From Candidatus Saccharimonadota bacterium (GTDB taxonomy: Bacteria > Pseudomonadota > Gammaproteobacteria > Enterobacterales > Enterobacteriaceae), in the NCBI RefSeq assembly GCF_039383305.1, contig NZ_CP135009.1, positions 300,001 through 332,000 of the forward strand: a stretch of 32,000 nt of DNA, in the 5' to 3' direction. The notes beneath the pieces were generated by a model. The model did no database searches. It was not told where the DNA came from and saw only the letters and a program-made list of their open reading frames with translations. Below are positions 18,237 to 26,916 of this stretch, in pieces. The first letter of the stretch is position 1, and every line of letters begins with the position of its first letter. Made by a program: the position numbers and the translations under genes.

Positions 18237-19349
18237 TTAAGAAATTAAAATTTTTAAAATTCGTCTTAAAGGTTCTGCGGCGCCCCATAATAATTGATCT
18301 CCTACAGAAAATGCAGACAAATATAATTCTCCAAAATTTAATTTACGTATTCGTCCAATAGGAATTTTTAATGTTCCAGAAACAAACGTTGGAGTTAAAT
18401 ATTGCATAGTTTCTTCTGGAACATTAGGAATAATTTTTACCCATTTATTATGTTCTTGAATTAAAGTATAAATATCGGAAATAGAAACATTTTTCAATAA
18501 CTTAATTGTAAAAGATTGACTATGACAACGTAATGAAGAAATTCGAACACAATTACCATCAATATAAATTTTTTTTTTAGAAGATAAAATCTTATTAGTT
18601 TCAGCCATACCTTTCCATTCTTCTTTGCTTTGTCCATTTTTCATTAAAGTATCTATCCAAGGAATTAAACTATTTACTAATGGAACTTTTAAATATTCTT
18701 TCGGGAAATTATTGTGAAATAAAGATTTTAAAATTTTATGTTCTAGTTCTAAAATTGAAAATTCTAAATATTTTTCATTTTTTTGTATAATTTTTGAAAT
18801 ATATTTAATTTGTAACAACAATTCTTGTAAATGTTTAGCACCTCCCCCTGAAATAGCCTGATATGTCGAAACTGAAACCCAATCAATTAATTTTTTTTGA
18901 AATAAGCCACCTAAAGCTAATAACATCAAACTTACTGTACAATTTCCACCTACAAATGTTTTAATTCCAAAATTTAAACCAGATAAAATATTATTATAAT
19001 TAATAGGATCTAAAACAATTATAGAGTCAGAATTCATACGTAATGTTGACGAAGCATCAATCCAATACCCTTTCCAACAAATTTTTCTTAATTTAAAAAA
19101 TATTGTATTAGTATATGCAGAACCTTGACAAGTAACAATTATATCTAATTCTTTTAATATAGAAATATCATATGCATCATATAAAAAAATGTTACCAACA
19201 TTTTTTATATTTGGACTCTTTTGACCAACTTGAGAAGTAGTAAAAAAAAAAGATTTTATTTTTTTAAAATCTTTTTTTTTTTTCATACGCTTTAATAATA
19301 CAGATCCAACCATTCCTCTCCAACCTAAAAAACCAACTTTTTTTTTCAT
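18237..19349 (-). CDS. asd: Aspartate-semialdehyde dehydrogenase
   Basis: 370 aa. The N-terminus MKKKVGFLGWRGMVGSVLLKRM matches E. coli MKNVGFIGWRGMVGSVLMQRM. The GGNCTVSLM active-site Cys region is present. Divergent from yhgN, as in E. coli. Confidence 0.96.
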   Translation of the reverse strand: MKKKVGFLGWRGMVGSVLLKRMKKKKDFKKIKSFFFTTSQVGQKSPNIKNVGNIFLYDAYDISILKELDIIVTCQGSAYTNTIFFKLRKICWKGYWIDASSTLRMNSDSIIVLDPINYNNILSGLNFGIKTFVGGNCTVSLMLLALGGLFQKKLIDWVSVSTYQAISGGGAKHLQELLLQIKYISKIIQKNEKYLEFSILELEHKILKSLFHNNFPKEYLKVPLVNSLIPWIDTLMKNGQSKEEWKGMAETNKILSSKKKIYIDGNCVRISSLRCHSQSFTIKLLKNVSISDIYTLIQEHNKWVKIIPNVPEETMQYLTPTFVSGTLKIPIGRIRKLNFGELYLSAFSVGDQLLWGAAEPLRRILKILIS

Positions 19350-19608
19350 AATTTTAATAACCTGTTTTAAAAAACATTCTTCCTAAAAAATAAAATTTTA
19401 AAAATTAAAAAAATTTTTAAAATTTTTTATTTTTTTAAAAAATTTTTATAGTGTATCTATAAAAAAAACCATAAAATATATTAATCTTTTTTCTAAAAAT
19501 ATTATATTTTTTTTTAAAAAAATATTTCAAAATAAATATTATATTAATATATTATAATATAAATTATTTAAAATATTATTTAAATTTTTATTATAGGACT
19601 TGAAAATT

Positions 19609-20202
19609 ATGCTGACACAAATTTTTTCTTTTACAATATTATTTTTTATTATTATGGATGCATTAGGAAATTTACCAATTTTTATTTCATTATTAAAAAA
19701 TGTTCCTTCTACACAAAAAAAAAAAATTATTATTAGAGAATTATTTTTTTCTTTAATAATTATGTGTATTTTTCTTTTTTTAGGTCAAAATATTTTACAA
19801 ATTTTACATTTAAAGATTTATACTATTTCAATCGTAGGAAGTATAATATTATTTTTTATTGCAATAAAAATGATTTATCCAGATATACTAAATGATAAAA
19901 AAATAAATAATTTTCAAGAAGTACCATTTTTGATTCCTTTAGCAGTACCTTTAATTACTGGTCCTTCTTTATTAGCAACTATACTTGTACTTTCAAAAAA
20001 ATATTCTTCTCAAATTTTATACATTTTTATTTCTTTAATTTTAGCATGGCTGATGACATTTATTGTCTTATTATCTGCAGATTTTTTTTCAAAAATTTTA
20101 GGTAAAAAAGGGATTAACATATTAGAAAAAATTATGGGAATTATATTAATTCTTTTATCTACACAAATGTTTTTAGATGGAATAAACTCTTGGTTAAAAT
20201 AA
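19609..20202 (+). CDS. yhgN: MarC-family inner membrane protein YhgN
   Basis: Collinear with E. coli YhgN: IMDALGNLPIF vs IMDPLGNLPIF, PLAVPLITGPSLLAT vs PLAIPLVAGPTILAT, and STQMFLDGI vs ATQMFLDGI. ATG 19609 gives a 197-aa product with the same N-terminal spacing as E. coli. The ORF-track TTG at 19600 sits 1 nt after AGGA, so I prefer the ATG. Confidence 0.85.
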   Translation: MLTQIFSFTILFFIIMDALGNLPIFISLLKNVPSTQKKKIIIRELFFSLIIMCIFLFLGQNILQILHLKIYTISIVGSIILFFIAIKMIYPDILNDKKINNFQEVPFLIPLAVPLITGPSLLATILVLSKKYSSQILYIFISLILAWLMTFIVLLSADFFSKILGKKGINILEKIMGIILILLSTQMFLDGINSWLK

Positions 20203-20308
20203 AATATTTTTTTATAAAAAAATAAAAAATTTATAAAAAATATTTTTATATTGTAAATATAAATTCAAATAACTCTATAATTAAGAAATATTATTAAGGA
20301 TTTCTAAA

Positions 20309-21454
20309 ATGAAAAAAATGACAGATTTTAATTTATATAAAAAAAAAATATTAATTAGAATGGATTTAAATGTTCCTATACATAATGGAAAAATTACATC
20401 TCATGCTAGAATTAAAAAATCTATACCGACAATCAAACTTGCATTATCTTATAATGCAAAAATTATTATCGCTTCTCATTTAGGAAGACCTAAAGAAGGA
20501 GTATATGATAAAAAGTATTCATTATTTCCTATTTTTAAATATTTACAAAAAAAAATTAAAAAAGTTTCAATACATTTTGAAAAAAATTACTTAAATGGAT
20601 TATCATTAAAAAATTTTTCGATTATACTTTTAGAAAACGTACGTTTTAATATAGGTGAAAAAACTAATAATATACAATTATGTAAAAAATATGCAAATCT
20701 ATGTGATATTTTTGTTATGGATGCATTTGCTACATCACATCGTAAAGAAGCGTCTACCTTCGGAATTTGTAATTTTGTATCTAAAATATGTGCTGGTCCA
20801 TTATTTATTTCAGAAATAAAAAATTTAAATAAACTTCTTTTAAAACCTAAAAAACCATTAATTACAATTGTAGGGGGATCCAAAATTTCAACAAAATTTA
20901 AAATTTTAAAATCATTATTAAAAATTACAGATTATTTAATAGTAGGTGGAGGTATAGCAAATACTTTTATTTCAATTAATTATAATGTAGGGAAATCTTT
21001 ACATGAACCAAAATTTCAAAAAAAAGCTAAAAAATTATTAAAAACAAATAAAATTATTATACCTATTGATTCTAAAATTGGAAATTCATTCTCTATACAC
21101 GCTAAAGCTTATTTACGAAAACTTCATGAAATTAAAAACTCTGAAGAAATTATGGATATAGGTAATAATACTATTCAATATTATAAAAAAATTATTATGA
21201 AAGCAAAAACAATTTTGTGGAATGGACCAATCGGAGTATTTGAATTTCCAAATTTTAGAATTGGTACCCAGAAAATTGCAGAAGCCATTGTAAATAGCAA
21301 AGCTTTTTCTATTGCGGGAGGCGGAGATACATTATCTGTTATTAAACTTTTTAAATTAAAAAATAAAATATCTTATATTTCTACCGGTGGAGGAGCATTT
21401 TTAGAATTTATTGAAAAAAGAACTTTACCTATTATTTCTTTTTTAAAAAAATAA
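20309..21454 (+). CDS. pgk: Phosphoglycerate kinase
   Basis: 381 aa. MTDFNLYKKKILIRMDLNVP matches E. coli [26 protein letters not shown] and STGGGAFLEF motifs are present. AAGGA lies upstream of the ATG. Confidence 0.96.
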   Translation: MKKMTDFNLYKKKILIRMDLNVPIHNGKITSHARIKKSIPTIKLALSYNAKIIIASHLGRPKEGVYDKKYSLFPIFKYLQKKIKKVSIHFEKNYLNGLSLKNFSIILLENVRFNIGEKTNNIQLCKKYANLCDIFVMDAFATSHRKEASTFGICNFVSKICAGPLFISEIKNLNKLLLKPKKPLITIVGGSKISTKFKILKSLLKITDYLIVGGGIANTFISINYNVGKSLHEPKFQKKAKKLLKTNKIIIPIDSKIGNSFSIHAKAYLRKLHEIKNSEEIMDIGNNTIQYYKKIIMKAKTILWNGPIGVFEFPNFRIGTQKIAEAIVNSKAFSIAGGGDTLSVIKLFKLKNKISYISTGGGAFLEFIEKRTLPIISFLKK

Positions 21455-21506
21455 TATTTAACAAATCATTTATTATGTAAAATATAAATATATTAGGATT
21501 TTAAAT

Positions 21507-22583
21507 ATGAAAAAAATATTAGATTTAATTAAACCAGGTGTAGTAAACGCTAAAGAAATGAATATTATTTTAAAATTTGCTAAAAAATATAAATTTGCTT
21601 TACCAGCTGTAAATTGCATTGATACTAATTCAATTAATAGCGCCTTAAAAACAGCTTCATATATGAAATCTCCTATTATTATCCAATTTTCATATGGAGG
21701 AGCTAGTTTCTTCAGTGGATTAAAAATTGAAAAAAAAAATCCACATCTTTCTGCTATTCAAGGTGCTATTTCAGGAGCTCAACATATTCATTTAATGTCT
21801 AAATATTATAAAATTCCTGTAATTTTACATACAGATCATTGCCATAAAGAAATATTACCTTGGATTGATTCTTTATTATCTGAAGGAAAAAAATATTTTA
21901 AAATTTATAAAAGACCTTTATTTTCTTCACATATGATTGATTTATCTAAAGAAGAATTTAATATTAACTTTCAAATTACAAAAAAATATTTAAAAAAAAC
22001 CAAAAAATTAGATATGTTTTTAGAATTTGAATTAGGATGTACAGGAGGTGAAGAAGATGGAGTTGATAATACTAATCTAAAAAAAAAATTATTATATACT
22101 AATCCAAATTCTATTATATATTTTTATAAAAAATTAAAAAAAATTCATCCAGATTTTATGATTGCCGCTGCTTTTGGTAATATTCATGGAGTATACCAAC
22201 CAGGAAAAATAATTTTAAAACCTTCTATTTTAAAAAATTCTCAAAAAAAAATTAATAAAGATAACATAAATTATAATCCAATTAATTTTGTATTCCATGG
22301 TGGATCTGGTACAAAAAATATAGATATTCAAAAATCTATCAAATATGGTGTTGTTAAATTTAATATTGACACTGATATACAATGGTCTACTTGGAAAGGA
22401 ATACTAAAATATTATAAAAAAAATAAATTTTTCTTAAAAACACAATTAGGAAATCCAGAAGGTATTAATAAACCAAATAAAAAATATTATGATCCTAGAA
22501 ATTGGATTCGGTCTTCTCAAGAGCAAATTTTTCATACATTAAAAAAATTATTTAAAAAATTAAATGCCCAAAATATTCTTTAA
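21507..22583 (+). CDS. fbaA: Class II fructose-1,6-bisphosphate aldolase
   Basis: 358 aa. FALPAVNCIDTNSINSAL and IIQFSYGGASFFSG match E. coli FbaA. HTDHC and FHGGSG motifs are present. pgk-fbaA adjacency is conserved. Confidence 0.96.
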   Translation: MKKILDLIKPGVVNAKEMNIILKFAKKYKFALPAVNCIDTNSINSALKTASYMKSPIIIQFSYGGASFFSGLKIEKKNPHLSAIQGAISGAQHIHLMSKYYKIPVILHTDHCHKEILPWIDSLLSEGKKYFKIYKRPLFSSHMIDLSKEEFNINFQITKKYLKKTKKLDMFLEFELGCTGGEEDGVDNTNLKKKLLYTNPNSIIYFYKKLKKIHPDFMIAAAFGNIHGVYQPGKIILKPSILKNSQKKINKDNINYNPINFVFHGGSGTKNIDIQKSIKYGVVKFNIDTDIQWSTWKGILKYYKKNKFFLKTQLGNPEGINKPNKKYYDPRNWIRSSQEQIFHTLKKLFKKLNAQNIL

Positions 22584-22812
22584 AACAAATATAAATAAAT
22601 TTTCTATTTTAATAGTAATATTTGTAATTAAAAAAAAAATAACTATAATTATAATATATAAATTTTTATTTTTTAAATAAAAATTTAAAAATTCTGTTCA
22701 CATATAAATTATAAATTAATAAAATTTAAATATATGCTCCTTCATATAATAAAATTTTTAAAATTTTATTATTATTTATTATTTTTAAAATTTTCAAATT
22801 ACAGGAACTATT

Positions 22813-23691
22813 ATCGAAGAATTACATGTTATTAAAGATATAAATACTGTTGGAAGTTGGGTATTTAAACACCATAGTTTATTATTTGCTTATATTTTTA
22901 ATTTTTCTACTGCAATTATTATTTTAATGTTTGGAGTATTTTTAGGACGTTTTGTTTCTAATGGCATTCATAGCATTTTAATTACTAAAAAAATTGATAA
23001 TACTATTTCAGGATTTTTATCAACTTTAATAAATTATACAATTATTACATTTTCTTTTATTGCTATATTAGAGAGAATTGGAGTACAAGCTAATTCTGTA
23101 ATTACCGTCTTAGGAGCCGCAGGAATGGCAGTAGGTTTAGCACTTCAAGGATCTCTTGCAAATTTTGCTGCAGGAGTATTATTAGTAACATTTCGTCCTT
23201 TAAAAACTGGCGAATATGTAAATTTTGGTTTAATTTCCGGAACAGTAATAGATGTACATATTTTTTATACAATTTTAAGAACTTTAGATGGTAAACGAAT
23301 AGTGATACCCAATGGAAAAATTATTTCAGGAAACATTGTTAACTATTCCCGAGAACCCATACGTAGAAATGAATTTTCCATTAATGTATCATATGATTCA
23401 GATGTAGATGTAGTAATAAAAATTTTAAAAAAAGTTTTAAAAAAAGAAAAAAGGATAATACATGAAAAAGGTACTTTAGTAGGTTTAAAAGAATTTGCTC
23501 CTTCTTCATTAAATTTTAAAGTGCGTTGTTGGAGCTATACTAAAGATTTAAATTCTGTATATTGGGATTTAATGTTGAAATTTAAAAAAACTTTGGATAA
23601 AAATCATATTTCAATACCTAATCCTCAAATGGATATTTATTTATATCAAAAAAATAAAAAAAAATTTAAAAGAAAAATATGGCGTAGTTAA
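22813..23691 (+). CDS. mscS: Small-conductance mechanosensitive channel MscS; homology starts at an ATC codon (first ATG is 22927)
   Basis: Read from 22813, the frame of the 22927..23691 ORF gives IEELHVIKDINTVGSWVFKHHSLLFAYIFNFSTAIIIL. This is collinear without gaps with E. coli [39 protein letters not shown]. There is no ATG, GTG or TTG in frame between the upstream stop (22786-22788) and 22927. AGGA at 22803-22806 lies 6 nt before ATC 22813. The TM3 pore helix GAAGMAVGLALQGSLANFAAGVLLV is conserved. Confidence 0.85.
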   Translation: MEELHVIKDINTVGSWVFKHHSLLFAYIFNFSTAIIILMFGVFLGRFVSNGIHSILITKKIDNTISGFLSTLINYTIITFSFIAILERIGVQANSVITVLGAAGMAVGLALQGSLANFAAGVLLVTFRPLKTGEYVNFGLISGTVIDVHIFYTILRTLDGKRIVIPNGKIISGNIVNYSREPIRRNEFSINVSYDSDVDVVIKILKKVLKKEKRIIHEKGTLVGLKEFAPSSLNFKVRCWSYTKDLNSVYWDLMLKFKKTLDKNHISIPNPQMDIYLYQKNKKKFKRKIWRS

Positions 23692-23717
23692 AAAGAAATC
23701 TACGCCATATTTATTTT
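23675..23717 (+). terminator. Intrinsic terminator overlapping the 3' end of mscS
   Basis: A perfect 13-bp stem pairs 23675-23687 (aaatatggcgtag) with 23700-23712 (ctacgccatattt) around a 12-nt loop. The loop contains the mscS TAA (23689-23691). A T-rich run (attttatatatttttt) follows. Confidence 0.6.
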
Positions 23718-23757
23718 ATATATTTTTTAAAAAAAAGTTAAAGGATTTTTTAAATTT

Positions 23758-26700
23758 ATGTTAAAAATTTATCAATCAAATAATATAAAAAAACTTTTTA
23801 AAATAGTTTGTTCAATTTTAAAAAAAAAAAAAAAAAAAATGTTTTAGAACCTGAATTTTTTTTAATTGATAATTTAGTAGTAAAAAAATGGATACAAATT
23901 TTTATTGCAAAAAAAATGAAGATTAGTGCTAATATAAAATTTATATCTTGTCAAAAATATTTAATAAATTTTTTAGAAACGCAAAATTTATACAATACAT
24001 CTTTCCCCTCTTATTTTAAAAAACAAGATTTAATTTGGATTTTAATTTTTTTGGAAGAAAAAAAAAAAATTAATTTAAAATTTTTAAAAACTACTACACT
24101 CTCAAAAAAAACAAATTTTTGTATATTATTAGCTACTATATTTCATACATATTTAATCGATGATCCTACAAATATTTTTAATTGGGAAAAAAATTTAACC
24201 TCTTTTCAAAAAAATTTTATTTTTCAAAAAAAAATATGGAGAAAAATAATAAAATATTTTAAAAAAAAATACAAAAAATTATCTTTTACAAAAACCTTAA
24301 AAAAATTTATTTCATATTCTAACTTTAAAAAAAAAAATAATAATATACCTAAAAGATTATTTATTTTCTCTACTGAACTTTTTAAACCTTTAAATATTTT
24401 TATATTAATGTATTTAAAAAAATATACTAACATATATATATTAGAATATGTTTCTGTTTTAAAAGATTTCTTATGTTACGAAATAAAAAAAAAAAAAAAA
24501 CTAAATTTAAATTATATTTCTTCTAATAATATTTCTGATTTTTTTTGGAGTTCTCAAAAAAAATTTTTTAAAATTAAAAGAAGAAAATTTTTTTATATTT
24601 CTTCAAATACAATTTTACAAATAGTTCAAAAAAAAAATTTATACTTTCAGAAATATAATGAATCTAACCATTTTAAAAATATACAAAAAAATATATTTTA
24701 TTCTAATCAAGATAATTCTTTTTACATTTCAAGATCTTATTCTAAAAGAGAAGAAGTTGAAAATATTTTTAATTATTTATTAATTCAATTTCAAAATAAT
24801 ATAACATTACAACCGCATGAAATATTAATTACATCACCTAATATAAAAAAATATTTTATACATATTAATAACATTTTTAAAAATTTTTCAATACAAAATA
24901 AATTTAAAATTCATAAAAAGAATAAATATATTTTAAAAAAAAAGAAAATTTTATTTATTTTTAAAAAAATATTAACATTATCATTTCAAGAATTTGAACA
25001 CGAATGGATTATAAATTTATTAGATTTATCATTTATTAGAAAAAAATTTTTAATTAAAAAAAAAGAAATAAAAATTTTATATTTTTTATTAGAAAAAATA
25101 GGAAAATTTTGGGGGTATAATAAAAAACACTTTAAAAAAATGTCATTACCGTATTTACCTTTTCATTCTTGGGAATATTTTATTAAAAGAATTATAACTG
25201 GAATTTTATTAAAATCTAAAGACAAAATTTGGTTAGATACATTACCATATAATATTCAGTCTCAAAAATATAAAATATTATTAGGGCACTTTATTAATTT
25301 CCTAGAAACATTAAATAAATGGAGATGTTTGTTATCTTCCACAAGAAATTTGAAAAATTGGATAGTTATAATTAAAAAATTAATTCAAGAAATATTTAAA
25401 ATACCTGAAAAATGGAAAAAATTTTTTAATATGTTACATAAAAATTTTTTAAAAAATATTCAAGTAGGAATTTTTTTAAATTATAAAAAAAAAATTTCAA
25501 TAAAAATTTTATTAAATAAAAATTTTTTAAATTTAACACCAAAAAAATATTATAAAAATTTTTTTTCTGGAACAATTAATATTGGTAATATTAATTTATC
25601 TTATAATTTACCTTTTAAAATTATATGTATTTTAGGATGTCATAAACTAAAAGATAGTACTATTTCTAAAAAAAACTCTATAACATTATTTAAAAAAAAT
25701 TTTAATATTCTACATGACATATACAGAAATTTAAAAAATAAAAATTTTTTTTTTGATACTATAATGTCTACAAAAAAATGTTTATATTTAAGTTATAAAA
25801 TTTCTAAAAATAGAAATATACTTTTACCTATGTTTTTAGAAGAATTAAAAGAATTTTTTCAAAATATATTTTTATTAAAAAAATTTCAAAAAAAAAAAAC
25901 TATTTTAAATAATATTTTTATTTCTTCAGAAAATTTATCTTTTAAAAAAAATGAAAATCTTAATTCTATAAATTTTGAAAAAAAAAAAATTATAAAGAAA
26001 AAGTATCATATTAATAAAAAATTTTCTCACTCATTAAATTTAAAACATTTAATAAAATTTTGGAAATCCCCAATTCAATACTTTTTTACAGAAATTTTAA
26101 ATATAAAAACAAATTTTTATCAAAATACAACATATTCATTAAATGAACCTTTCCTAATTAATCCTTTGAATAAATATTTAATAAACAAAAAATTCTTAAA
26201 TATGTTTCTTTATAAAAAAAAAATTAAATTTGAATACTTTCAAAAAAAAAGTATATTACCAAATAATAAATTAGGAAAAATTTATTGGAAAATAGAAAAA
26301 AAAAAAATGAAAAATTTATCTAAAAAAATTATTAAAAAAATTAATATTCCAAAAAAATTAAATTTTACTTTATCTTTAAATAAAATAACTTTAACCGGAA
26401 CTATAAAAAATATTCATAACTTTGAAATAATTCGTTGGATACCTTTACACTTAAAAACAAAAAATATTATGTCTTTATGGTTAGAACATTTGACATATTC
26501 TGCTTTAGGATATCAAAAAGAAAGTTTCTTATATAGTTTAGATAAAAAATATTTAAAATTTTCTATAATAAATAAAAAAAAAGCTCAAGAATACTTATTA
26601 CAATATTTAAACGGATATTATATGGGTATTAAAAAACCATTATTATTATTAGAATCTGGTATTAAATGGTTAAATTCTATATACTTTATAAAAAATAATA

Positions 26701-26909
26701 TCTTAAAAAAAAAAAATATAAACAAAAACTTAAAAAATAAAATTTTTCAAAAAACATGGAATGGAAATTTTTTATATCCGGGTGAAAAAAAAAATATTTA
26801 TATTCAAAAAATTATTCCTATTTTAACACCAGAAAAAATTAAAAAAATTAAAAAAATTTCAAAATATTGGTGGTTTCCACTTTTAAAATCTCTTTACTTT
26901 ATAAAATAA
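23758..26909 (+). CDS. recC: Exodeoxyribonuclease V gamma chain RecC; reading frame broken inside a poly(A) tract (23758..~23838 in one frame, the rest in the -1 frame)
   Basis: ATG 23758 encodes MLKIYQSNNIKKLFKIVCSILKKKKKK, matching E. coli RecC MLRVYHSNRLDVLEALMEFIV. This frame stops at TAG 23845-23847. The long ORF (track 23808..26909) continues with LEPEFFLIDNLVVKKWIQIFIAKKMKISANIKF, matching FEPEMILVQSTGMAQWLQMTLSQKFGIAANIDF. The two frames overlap only across the A20 run at 23820-23839. Confidence 0.88.
23820..23839 (+). repeat. Homopolymeric A20 tract at the recC frameshift
   Basis: Counted directly: A at 23820 plus 19 A at 23821-23839, then T at 23840. One extra A (or two fewer) would fuse the two recC frames. 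Confidence 0.95.
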
Positions 26910-26916
26910 AAAAAAT

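Noticed and set aside
19600-19602. TTG proposed by the ORF track as the yhgN start
   Set aside because: It sits only 1 nt after the AGGA motif. ATG 19609 gives the same N-terminal length as E. coli YhgN. The difference is three codons, so this is a minor uncertainty.
20587-20883. 98-aa ORF on the minus strand
   Set aside because: It is antisense to the conserved core of pgk and has no independent start or SD signal and no recognisable domain.
22734-22835. 33-codon ORF (MLLHIIKFLKFYYYLLFLKFSNYRNYYRRITCY) starting at the only ATG upstream of mscS
   Set aside because: It is in a different frame from mscS and overlaps the conserved mscS N-terminal codons. It has no homology and no SD. It could only matter if a frameshift linked it to mscS, and nothing supports that.
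23808-23810. TTG proposed by the ORF track as the recC start
   Set aside because: The homologous RecC N-terminus (MLKIYQSN) is encoded from ATG 23758 in another frame. The TTG is only the first possible start in the downstream frame, so a frameshifted gene explains the data better.
24224-24433. 69-aa ORF on the minus strand
   Set aside because: It is antisense within recC and has a low-complexity F/K/I-rich translation typical of chance ORFs in A/T-rich DNA.
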